The notes under the pieces were generated by a model. The model made no database searches. It worked only from the letters and a program-made list of their open reading frames with translations, and had not been told where the DNA came from. This document shows positions 55,392 to 64,000 of a DNA stretch of 64,000 nucleotides, piece by piece. Origin of the DNA: an uncultured delta proteobacterium. Lineage in GTDB: Bacteria; Myxococcota_A; Polyangia; Fen-1088. The number at the start of each line of letters is the position of its first letter. The first letter of the stretch is position 1. Made by a program: the position numbers and the translations under genes. The stretch lies in assembly GCA_963767925.1 (NCBI GenBank), contig CAVYGB010000008.1, forward strand, positions 1,696,001 to 1,760,000. Reading direction: 5' to 3'.

Positions 55392-55397
55392 AATATA
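55392..55397 (-). promoter_or_regulatory. Putative -10 box TATATT, 6 nt before GTG 55385 (leaderless)
   Basis: Minus strand reads gtgTATATTgcggcgGTG. Confidence 0.55.
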
Positions 55398-55432
55398 CAC
55401 AGGGCGAGCGAGCGCGGTCGCCAGGCCGGGTG

Positions 55433-58048
55433 TCAGGCCGGGGCGGCGGCAGCCGCCGGTTGCTCGCTCTGCTGCACCCGGTGAAAGATCCCGTCGGCCT
55501 GTCCGCGCAAGGCCTGGGCGGTCGCGTCCTCCCCGCTCCGCTCCTCGAAGTCGGCGTAGGCCGAGAGCGTGCGTCCCAGCTCCAGCTCCGCGCCGGCGCT
55601 GGCCAGGAGCTCGATCGCCCGATCGAACATGTCGCGCGGGCTCCCTTGCTCCGCCTCCACCGCGGCGCCCGCCGCCGCCGCCCCGGCCAGCAGGCGCAGG
55701 GCCGAGCCCTGCAGGGTGGCGGCCTCCACCGCCCGCGCGTAGCCGAGCGCCTGGCTCGCCTCGTCGCGCGCGCCGTCGGGGTCGCCCTGGCGGAGGTGGA
55801 CCTCGGCCAGCGCCCGGGCGATCTCGGCGGCGAGGCGCTTGGCCCCGAAGCTCTGGGCGATCTTCCGGGCGGCGGTCAGCTCGGCCTCCGCCTCGGCCGG
55901 CTTCCCCTCGGCGAGCAGGCATTCGCCCATCTGCAGCCCCACGTGGCACTGGTACAGCCGCTCGCCCATCTGCTCGGCGAGGCCCCGGGCCTCCTGGAAC
56001 CGCCGCTGGGCCTCGATGAGGCGCCCGGCCTCGCGCTCGAGGCGACCGAGGTCCAGGAGCGAGAACACGATGCCGTGGGCGTCGCGGTTGTCCCGGGCCA
56101 GGGCGAGGGCCTGCTGGAAGCAGGCGCCCGCCGCCGTCAGGTTGCCCCGCTGCATGTCACAGAGCCCCATCCAGGAGAGGGTCAGCGCGCGCCCGCGCCC
56201 GTCCTGCAGCTCCTCGCGGATGGCCAGAGCCGAGCGGTGGAAGGACAGCGACAGATCGAGGCTCCCGCGTAGAAAGTGGATGCGCCCGATGTCGTCGAGG
56301 GCCGAGGCCAGGCCCGGCCGGTCGCCGACCAGCTCGAACAGGAGGTGGGCCTGCTGGAAGTGCTCGAGGGCCCGGCTCAGATCCCCCATCGACCGGTGCA
56401 GCCGCCCGATTCGCCCGTGGGCCGCGCCCCCCTTTCCGGGCAGGTCGAGCCGCCAGGCCAGGCGGAGCATGACGCCAAAGTGGGCCAGCGCCTCGCGGGT
56501 GCGCCCCAGCCGGGCACTGAGGTCGCCGAGCTTGTGGTAGGCCTCGATCTGCTGGACACAGTCGTCCAGGTCGAGCAGGCCGATCCCCCTCTGGTAGAGC
56601 GCGCGGGCCCGCTCGTGGCGCAGGCGGCGGTGGGCCGCATCGCCGGCGGCGAGGAAACTTTGCCCCGCCCGCCGCTCGTCGCCCCCTTCCTGGTAGAGGG
56701 TCCCGAGCAACTCCAGCCGCTCGCTCCCGATCGGCGCTGGCACCTTCGCCTCGAGCCACTGAGCGGCGAACCGTTGCCAGCGCCGGGCCAGCTCGGGGTC
56801 GACCGCGCCGAGGAGAAGCGCCCGCTCGAGATCGCGGCAAAACGACCACTCGGTCTCGCCCGGCACCGTCGAGACTGGCTGGGCCAGGACGAAATCCCGC
56901 TCGGCCAGGGCGGCCAGCAGGCGGCGAACCTCCTCGATGGCCGGGTCCGGGGCGAACACGGCCTGGGCCTCGGGCGGGTGGGCGGCCAGCCGTCCCAGCG
57001 CCACCACGCCCCCGGTCCAGAAGACGGGGCCGAAGGCGGCGGCCTGGCTCAGCAGGAGGCGCTCCGCGGGCGTCAGGCGAGCGATGCGCGCGTGGACGCT
57101 GTCTTCGCCCTCGAGCTCGAGGCTGAGCCCGCCGGTCCGCTTGTCGTCGAAGCGGGCGGGGCCCCCCTCGGTCGGCAGCAGGCCATGTTGCTGATACTGG
57201 AAGAGCAGCTGCGCGAGCAGCGCGGGGTTGCCCCCCGACTCGCTGGCCGCCCGCTCGGCCAGCCCGGCGGTGAGGCTGTCGGCATCGATGACCGAACGGA
57301 CAAAGACGTCCATCTCCAGACGCGAGAGCGGCCCCAGGTCGACCCGGGCCTGGCTGCCCTGCCCGCGCCCCCAGCTCGGCTGGCGGACGAACAGCTCGGG
57401 GCGAGCGGTCACCACCAGGAGCAAGGGCGCCTCGTCGATCTCGGCCGCCAGGTCGGCGAGCACCTCCAGCGACCGTTCATCGGCGAGGTGGATATCGTCG
57501 ACCGCGATGATCAGCGGCTGCTGCGCGGCGTCCGCCTCCAGGAAGCGGCAGAGCACCGCCCGGCCGAGCTCGGTCTCCTGCTCGGGCCGGGTGGCCAGCG
57601 CCTGGGCGAGCGGGCTGTCCGGAAGCGACAGGCCCAGGAACCGTCCCAGGAGGCCCGCTACCTCCGCGACGCGCCGATCGCCGAACACGGTCGACAGCTC
57701 GCCCCGGAAACGTTCGATGGCGACCGGCTCCTCGGCCCCCTCGATCCGGAAGCGGTCGCGGAGGACGGCGGCCAGCAGGCCGAAGGGCTCGACCGCACCG
57801 TCCCGATACAGCTCGGAGGTGCGGGTGTGCAGCGTCCGGAACGTCCCCTGGTTTCGCTTGTCGCGGATCCACTCGGCCAGGAAGCGGGTCTTGCCCAGGC
57901 CGGCCGCTCCGACCAGGGTGACCACCTGAGGCGCGTCAAAACGCAACGCCCGATCGAGCGCGGCCTCGAGCGCCCGCTTGGCATCCTCCCGACCGACGAA
58001 GGAAGGGGAGCGCAGGCCGAGGCGTTCCAGAGCGGGGCCGTCCGTCAT
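55433..58048 (-). CDS. STAND-type (AAA_16) ATPase with C-terminal TPR repeats
   Basis: FVGRE, Walker A GAAGLGKT, Walker B IAVDDIHLAD, TARPE, GGNP, then a TPR array. GGAGG RBS. Confidence 0.9.
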   Translation of the reverse strand: MTDGPALERLGLRSPSFVGREDAKRALEAALDRALRFDAPQVVTLVGAAGLGKTRFLAEWIRDKRNQGTFRTLHTRTSELYRDGAVEPFGLLAAVLRDRFRIEGAEEPVAIERFRGELSTVFGDRRVAEVAGLLGRFLGLSLPDSPLAQALATRPEQETELGRAVLCRFLEADAAQQPLIIAVDDIHLADERSLEVLADLAAEIDEAPLLLVVTARPELFVRQPSWGRGQGSQARVDLGPLSRLEMDVFVRSVIDADSLTAGLAERAASESGGNPALLAQLLFQYQQHGLLPTEGGPARFDDKRTGGLSLELEGEDSVHARIARLTPAERLLLSQAAAFGPVFWTGGVVALGRLAAHPPEAQAVFAPDPAIEEVRRLLAALAERDFVLAQPVSTVPGETEWSFCRDLERALLLGAVDPELARRWQRFAAQWLEAKVPAPIGSERLELLGTLYQEGGDERRAGQSFLAAGDAAHRRLRHERARALYQRGIGLLDLDDCVQQIEAYHKLGDLSARLGRTREALAHFGVMLRLAWRLDLPGKGGAAHGRIGRLHRSMGDLSRALEHFQQAHLLFELVGDRPGLASALDDIGRIHFLRGSLDLSLSFHRSALAIREELQDGRGRALTLSWMGLCDMQRGNLTAAGACFQQALALARDNRDAHGIVFSLLDLGRLEREAGRLIEAQRRFQEARGLAEQMGERLYQCHVGLQMGECLLAEGKPAEAEAELTAARKIAQSFGAKRLAAEIARALAEVHLRQGDPDGARDEASQALGYARAVEAATLQGSALRLLAGAAAAGAAVEAEQGSPRDMFDRAIELLASAGAELELGRTLSAYADFEERSGEDATAQALRGQADGIFHRVQQSEQPAAAAAPA

Positions 58049-58078
58049 ACCTCCATCAATAGAAGGGTCCGGGCGACA

Positions 58079-58113
58079 GCGCCAAAAAACACGCTGTTGT
58101 TTGTGGTTGGCGC
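58079..58113 (-). terminator. Hairpin directly after the 63-aa ORF stop (terminator/attenuator candidate)
   Basis: GCGCCAA/TTGGCGC outer stem with nested AAACA/TGTTT. Confidence 0.35.
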
Positions 58114-58114
58114 G

Positions 58115-58306
58115 TTACATCCCGATGATCACGACGCCCCGCTTGGGTTCGTCGTCCTCATCGCTGCTCCGTGATTCGTCTCGTTCAGGACGGCTTGGCC
58201 GTCCTTCATCCGCGACCGGGAGCTCCAGTCGAGGACGTTCTTCGATCCGCCGGCGTTCTTCTTCCTCTCGGCGGCGGATCTGCTCAATGATCCAGGGCTC
58301 GAGCAT
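58115..58306 (-). CDS. Small charged hypothetical protein (63 aa)
   Basis: MLEPWIIEQIRRREEEERRR...RPRLELP...RGVVIIGM; AGGGGG RBS. Confidence 0.75.
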   Translation of the reverse strand: MLEPWIIEQIRRREEEERRRIEERPRLELPVADEGRPSRPERDESRSSDEDDEPKRGVVIIGM

Positions 58307-58528
58307 CGCGACCCCCTGTGTATGGCTTGCAATATCGCATCCCAGGAGTCAAGTACGTGGGCTTCCAGGTACAGGATGCCCTGAAACATAAGCACCCCGA
58401 TTGCAGGTGTGCACGGAGCAAGTTCCAGGCGTCGACGCGCGGGTCATGGACCATCGCGCCGGGACGGATTGCCCAACGGTATCCTGGCGTTCGGAGCCTG
58501 GACCGAGGGATTGACCCGAGCGGCGGGG

Positions 58529-59200
58529 TCACTCCGGACTCTCGATCCTCCACAGACCCTCTTCGCGAACGAATCGAACTTGGCGCCCTCCGTCGTAGAC
58601 GAGGTACGCCTCGTCTCCCTCCTCGATGATGCGCCGTTCGAGGGCGAGGCGAAGCGCGGAGACCATCGCGCGCTTCTTCTCGGCGCCCTGGGTCTCCCAG
58701 AACGCCCGGAGCTTCTCGCGGGTGATGTCGGCGCGATACCGCGCGGGAGCCAGCTCGATCAAAATGTCGTAGCGCGCGCTCTCCACGGCGTGGATGAAGG
58801 CCCGCAGCGCAGCCCGGGGCGTGTCCTGCCCGAAGGGCTCGAAGGGCGGTGACTCGAGCCGCCAGGCGCCCCCCTCCCGGACGAGGATCACCCGCTCGCC
58901 CTCACCGAGGAGCACCTCGGCCCGCGCCGCCCAGGCGGCGGCGTTCTCCCGCAGCGCGCGCCCGGCGTTGCGGGTGTCGGCCGCCGCCGCCTCCATCTGC
59001 TTGCGAAACTCGGCCGGGGAGACCCGCTTGCGGTAGCCGGCCGACATCAGGCGGTAGGCGGTGGCCCAGTCGGCTCGCTCGAGCGCTGCCCCGTATTGCC
59101 CCAGCGCCCCGCCGGGGGAAGCGGCCCGCTCGGCGCAGGCCAGCGTCGAGCCGAGCAGCAGGGTGAACGCGGCGCCGAGGACGCGCGCGGATCGGTCCAT
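58529..59200 (-). CDS. Lipoprotein with two tandem NTF2/cystatin-like repeats
   Basis: Lipobox TLAC; duplicated P..AL..(Y/F)..A.E.A ... V.(L/F)VRE.G.WR(L/I)ES. Confidence 0.8.
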   Translation of the reverse strand: MDRSARVLGAAFTLLLGSTLACAERAASPGGALGQYGAALERADWATAYRLMSAGYRKRVSPAEFRKQMEAAAADTRNAGRALRENAAAWAARAEVLLGEGERVILVREGGAWRLESPPFEPFGQDTPRAALRAFIHAVESARYDILIELAPARYRADITREKLRAFWETQGAEKKRAMVSALRLALERRIIEEGDEAYLVYDGGRQVRFVREEGLWRIESPE

Positions 59201-60636
59201 CACGGCGCCGGTCCCGGGCTGACCGGCGGCTGTGAACCGGCTGGGCGCACCTCCAGGGTGAGCTGGTAGGGCTCCTCGAGGTCCTGGTCGGTGCCCCGCC
59301 TCCCCTGGACGCGGATGAGGGCCGCACCGCCCGGACTCGCCGGGACGAGCAGGCGTTCGGGCTGACCGCGCCGGGCGGCATCGATGCGCTGAGGGCGGGG
59401 GGCCGCCGGCATCAGGACCTCCAGCACGAGATCGGTCCGCCGGGAGGGCGCCAGCTCGACGAGGAGCTCGGCTCCCGCCGGGACCTCGCAGCGGAAGAAG
59501 TCGACGTCGCCCGGCCCCAGAAACCCGCTCAGGGAGCCGGGCTCCACGACCGTGGCGCGCACCGGCTGGTCGTTGGGCTCCCGCTCACCGTCCGGGGAGG
59601 GCTCGGAACGGACGCCGAGGACGTACCGGTGCTCCAGCTCGGCGACGCCCTCGGTCTGCACGCTGACGTAGAAGAAGGCCGGCTCCGCGGCCGGGCCGGG
59701 GCTGACCGGGCTCAGAGCGGCCGCCGCCAGCGCGCGCAGGACCACCCGCTCGCCCGGGCGGCCCCGGACGCTCTGCACCTTGGCCCCGCTGCGATCGGAA
59801 ACGGTGAGCGACGCGGTCACCGAGGAGGGTGGCGTCAGGAAGACCGACACAACCGTCGACTCCGAGAGCTCCCCCATGGGCACGCGGTAGTAGTCGCGGT
59901 CCCGCGGCGTGCCGAAGTAACCTGCCATCTCGGGGGCGGCGTGGGCCGGCCCGAAGGTCGTGGCGGTCTCGGGCGTGTCGTTGGGCTCCCGTTCGTCGCC
60001 GGCGCCAAGGGGCACCTGCCGGATCACAAGGACGTACGAGCCGGACGGCCGGGTGCCGGGCGCGGCGGCGGCCTTGCGGGCTCGATCGCGCCGGACCGTG
60101 ACAAGGTAGCGGGTGCCGGGCCGGACGCCCACGTTGGGCAGGCCATGGCGCACGCCCGGTCCACCGGACGAGGTGGCGACCACCGTGCCGGTCCCGTCGC
60201 GCAGTTCGAGGACCGTGGCGAGGGTGGCGGCCTGGGTGACCTCGAGCGCGAGCCCCTGGCTGCCTGGCGGCGAGGCCACGATCCCCGCGTCGGCCGCACC
60301 CGGTCCGGCGTCGGGTGGGGCCGTGCCCGGGGTGTCGATGGCGTACACGTCCTCGTCGTCGACCGCTTCACCGTCGGTGGACAGGGCACCGCTGACCGCC
60401 AGCCCGGGCGGCCCGCTCAGCGGGAGGACCATGGGACCTTCGTCGGGACCGACAGGCTCCCGTTCGGGCACCACCAGCAGACCGGAGGGCACCGGCACGG
60501 GAGCCGCGAGGATCACAACCGCGGCGTCCCCCTGCGACAGGATGGGCCGGGACCGCGGGCAGCCCGCCGGGGCGGCGGCCAGTCCCATCAGCAGGAGCGT
60601 GACGGAACGCCGACCCCTGGCGAGGGTCCCCATCAT
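59200..60636 (-). CDS. Lipoprotein with three PPC-like (pre-peptidase C-terminal) beta-sandwich domains
   Basis: Lipobox PAGC; EREP(ND) x3 paired with DEDVY, DRDYY and DVDFF. Confidence 0.8.
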   Translation of the reverse strand: MMGTLARGRRSVTLLLMGLAAAPAGCPRSRPILSQGDAAVVILAAPVPVPSGLLVVPEREPVGPDEGPMVLPLSGPPGLAVSGALSTDGEAVDDEDVYAIDTPGTAPPDAGPGAADAGIVASPPGSQGLALEVTQAATLATVLELRDGTGTVVATSSGGPGVRHGLPNVGVRPGTRYLVTVRRDRARKAAAAPGTRPSGSYVLVIRQVPLGAGDEREPNDTPETATTFGPAHAAPEMAGYFGTPRDRDYYRVPMGELSESTVVSVFLTPPSSVTASLTVSDRSGAKVQSVRGRPGERVVLRALAAAALSPVSPGPAAEPAFFYVSVQTEGVAELEHRYVLGVRSEPSPDGEREPNDQPVRATVVEPGSLSGFLGPGDVDFFRCEVPAGAELLVELAPSRRTDLVLEVLMPAAPRPQRIDAARRGQPERLLVPASPGGAALIRVQGRRGTDQDLEEPYQLTLEVRPAGSQPPVSPGPAP

Positions 60637-60638
60637 GG

Positions 60639-61112
60639 CTAACCTGGGGCTGGCGCCGGAGGCGTCCCGGTGGGGGCCGTGAGCGGGCGAATTCCGGCCA
60701 GCAACTCGGCCTCGGCCACGACCAGCCCGTCGACCTTGGCCTCCCCCCGCATCTTCCAGATCGCTCCGCCCTTGCGAAGGGGGACCACCTCGAGCCGCAA
60801 GACATCTCCCGGCACCACCGGCTTGCGGAACTTCACCCCGTCCATCCCCATGAAATAGATGACCTGGCGGGTGGGGTCGAAGTTGGTGGCCCGGGCGGCC
60901 AGCAGCGCGCCCGCCTGGGCGAGCGCCTCGATGATGAGCACGCCCGGCATCACCGGATTGCCCGGGAAATGCCCCTCGAAGTGGGGCTCGTTCCGGGTGA
61001 CGAGCTTGAGGGCGACGATGCGCTCCTCGGTGAGCGACTCCACCCGGTCGACGAGGAGAAACGGATACCGGTGGGGGAGAAGCGACTCGATCTCGCGGAT
61101 GTCCATCCCCAT
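60639..61112 (-). CDS. fabZ: 3-hydroxyacyl-ACP dehydratase FabZ
   Basis: [32 protein letters not shown] and FRKPV.PGD. Confidence 0.97.
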   Translation of the reverse strand: MGMDIREIESLLPHRYPFLLVDRVESLTEERIVALKLVTRNEPHFEGHFPGNPVMPGVLIIEALAQAGALLAARATNFDPTRQVIYFMGMDGVKFRKPVVPGDVLRLEVVPLRKGGAIWKMRGEAKVDGLVVAEAELLAGIRPLTAPTGTPPAPAPG

Positions 61113-61130
61113 GGGAGGCCCGGCCTCGGG

Positions 61131-61730
61131 CTACTTCTTGGCGGGAGCGGCTGGCTTGGCCGCCGCCGGTTTGCTGGCCGCCGCCCCGCCACCTTCCCGG
61201 CCTTCGCCGGCGTTGTAACGGCGGATGACCTCGTTGGTGAGGTCGAGGTGTGGCTTGGCGAAGACGAGGCCCGCCTGGGTGCGGTCGAACACCATGCTGA
61301 AGTTCTCGGTGATCGAGATCTTGGCGATGATTCGTTGCATCCGCTCGAAGATCTTCCCGGTGGCCTCTTGCTCCTTGCTGGAGAGGTCCTGCTGGTGACG
61401 CATGTACGTCTGCTGGACCTTCTGCATCTGGCCCTGCAGCTCCGTCTCCTTCTGCTTGACCACCTCCGCGCCGAGGAGCGTGCGCCGCTTCTCGAGGTCC
61501 TCGATGGCCTTCTTCAGGGAGGTCTGCTGCTCGTCGAGCTCCTTCTGCTTCTGGTCGAAGACCTTCTTCAGATCGGCCCGGGCCTTGCGGCCTTCCTCGG
61601 TTTCCATCAGGGCGCGCTGAAGATCAACGAAGCCGAGCTTCGCCTCCTGGGCCTGCGCCTCGCGGAGCCAGAACCCGCTCACGAGAACTGCCAGAGCTAC
61701 CGAGACCACACGGATGGCCAAACGCTTCAT
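61131..61730 (-). CDS. skp: OmpH/Skp periplasmic chaperone
   Basis: Signal peptide, K.GFVDLQRAL, coiled coil and DLT.EVI. ATG at 61730 follows AGGAG. Confidence 0.93.
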   Translation of the reverse strand: MKRLAIRVVSVALAVLVSGFWLREAQAQEAKLGFVDLQRALMETEEGRKARADLKKVFDQKQKELDEQQTSLKKAIEDLEKRRTLLGAEVVKQKETELQGQMQKVQQTYMRHQQDLSSKEQEATGKIFERMQRIIAKISITENFSMVFDRTQAGLVFAKPHLDLTNEVIRRYNAGEGREGGGAAASKPAAAKPAAPAKK

Positions 61731-61835
61731 CGATGCACTCCTGCCTTTTGCCTCTTTTACAGGCCCATCGATAGCATGCTCCCCGCCGGGGGTCGAGAGG
61801 GCCAATACATATCGTCGCCGAGGGGGGGCACCCCG

Positions 61836-63460
61836 TCATTCGTAGCGGAGACCGTCGACTGGCCGCATGCGTGAAGCCAGGCTGGCCGGGTACAGGGTGG
61901 CCAGGCAGCACAGCACCAGGGCCAGGGCCGCGACCGTGACGATCTCCCCGGCGCGCATGACGACTGGGAGCTGGCTGATGTAATAGACGTCGGTCGGCAG
62001 GGGCAGGCCGAAGTCGCGGATGAGGTAACAACCCGCCACCCCGGTTGTCACGCCGACCGCCAGCCCCAGCAGCCCGATGTACAGGCCCTCGGCGAAGAAG
62101 ACCCGGAGGATGGCGCCGTCGGAGGCCCCCATGGCCTTGAGGATGGCGACCTCCCTGCCCTTCTCGGTGACCATCATGATCAGGTTCGACACGATGGAGA
62201 ACGAGGCCACCAGAGCGATGAAGGTCAGCACGATGAACATGGCGATCTTCTCGAGCCGCAGCGCCATGAACAGCCCGCGGTTGAGCTCCTGCCAGGAGCG
62301 CACCTCGTAGGGGGGCGGAAGCACCGCCTGGATGGCGGTGGCCACCTCGCCCGCCCGCTCGGGGGTGGAGGTCCGCACGTCGACGCCGCTCACCTCGCCC
62401 GGCATCCCCAGGAAGCTCTGGGCGGCCTCGAGCGAGATATAGGCGAGCTTGGAGTCGAACTCGTACATGCCGCTGTAAAAGTGGCCGGCTACCCGGAACG
62501 TCCGGATGTTGGGCCGGGCTCCGGTCGGCCCGATCTTGCACAGGGGGCAAACCAGGTCGACGGGGCTGCCCAGGAACACCCGGAGGTTCCGGCCGTAGAG
62601 CTCCTCGCCGAGGATGATGGTGGGGGCCGGGGTGTCCGTGGCGGCCGGGGGCGGCACCCGCAGCGAGGGCCGCGGCCGCAGGGCGGGGACCGGCTCCTCC
62701 CCGTCGTTGTAGCCGTCCGGGCCGGGACCGTCGGAGCGGAGCTGGATCTCGTCGTCGATGAGGCCCGGAGGTGGGGGGATGCTCGGCTTGACCAGCTCGG
62801 GGCGCGCGAGGTGATCGATCTTCCCTTCCCGGAGGGTCCGGTTCAGGTCGAGCACGCCCGGGGCGGTGGCCGGGTCGATGCCGCGCAGGACGACGCCGGC
62901 CGGGGAGCTGGCCGCGTAGAGCATGACCTCGCTCTCGATGTAGGGGGTGGAGGCCACCACACCCGGGATAGCGGCGATGCGGGCGCGCACGTCCTTCCAG
63001 TCGATGAAGGGCTTGTCGTCGCCGCGGCTGATGACGACGTCGGCCTTGGCCCCCCGGATCTTTCCCTTGAGGTCGGCCTCGAACCCCGACATCACCGACA
63101 GGGCGATGATGGGGGCGGCGGTTCCCAGGAAGACCCCGAAGATCGAGATGGCGGTGAAGACCGTGAAGCTCGAAAACAGGATCCCCAGGTAGCTGATGAT
63201 GCCGCCGAGGATGATGCCGATGATGCCCCCCTGGCGCAGGTAGTCGACCACGGCCGGGGGACGGCCGCGCAGAAAGCCGAGCTGAGGCTCGACCTGCCGG
63301 CCGAACCAGGCGGAGGCGCCCAGCGCGGCCAGGCCCAGGGCCAGCAACACGAGGCCCAGGACCAGGGTCCGCCGCGACCGCCGCTCGGGGTCGCGCAGGT
63401 GCCGCCAGGCGACGAACCACTCGAAGCCGCGGCCAGGCCGGGCGGTCGGGGGCGGTACCA

Positions 63461-63461
<1 letters not shown>
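61836..63461 (-). CDS. lolE: Lipoprotein-releasing ABC permease LolC/LolE
   Basis: LSVMSGF, GMYEFD, W.ELN..LF.AL.LEK, K.REVAILKAMGA and YPA..A....PV..LRYE. ATG at 63461 overlaps the lysS stop. Confidence 0.93.

Positions 63462-64000
<539 letters not shown>

Noticed and set aside
58307..58528. Possible 6S RNA or tRNA in the AT-richer gap
   Set aside because: I could not see a cloverleaf, T-loop or long closing stem with a central bubble, and the usual zapA/5-FCL context is absent.

Overview
High-GC (about 70% by eye), gene-dense chromosomal window with about 52 CDS. It is almost certainly from a myxobacterium (Myxococcota, probably Polyangia-like). This is inferred from TIGR02266-type PilZ, GYF/TonB-C, Cys-rich repeat lipoprotein, DUF6178-like and ECF/FecR genes. 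Most of it is housekeeping: gltA, infA, glk, tatD, murJ, purC, purB, ilvD, nnr, glmM, ftsH, tilS, fabZ, skp, lolC/E and lysS. I saw no rRNA, tRNA, CRISPR array, integrase or transposase. About 12 small indels break gltA, kamA, rpiB-pgi and purB; these are most likely consensus errors. The best leads are: (i) a four-gene cell-surface signalling module with no TonB-dependent receptor (putative OM protein, ECF sigma, FecR/TPR anti-sigma, vWA lipoprotein); (ii) a pseudokinase-GYF-TM-TonB-C protein next to a tandem-PilZ gene, resembling a GltJ/AgmX variant; (iii) a stand-alone RNAP alpha-CTD-like plus winged-helix protein behind a 20-bp palindrome; (iv) an RpiB-Pgi fusion; (v) a recurring leaderless TAnnnT-N6/7-start layout; (vi) an envelope operon lacking lolD, bamA, lpxD and lpxA, which hints at LPS loss. 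All family calls come from motif recognition by eye; no searches were run.
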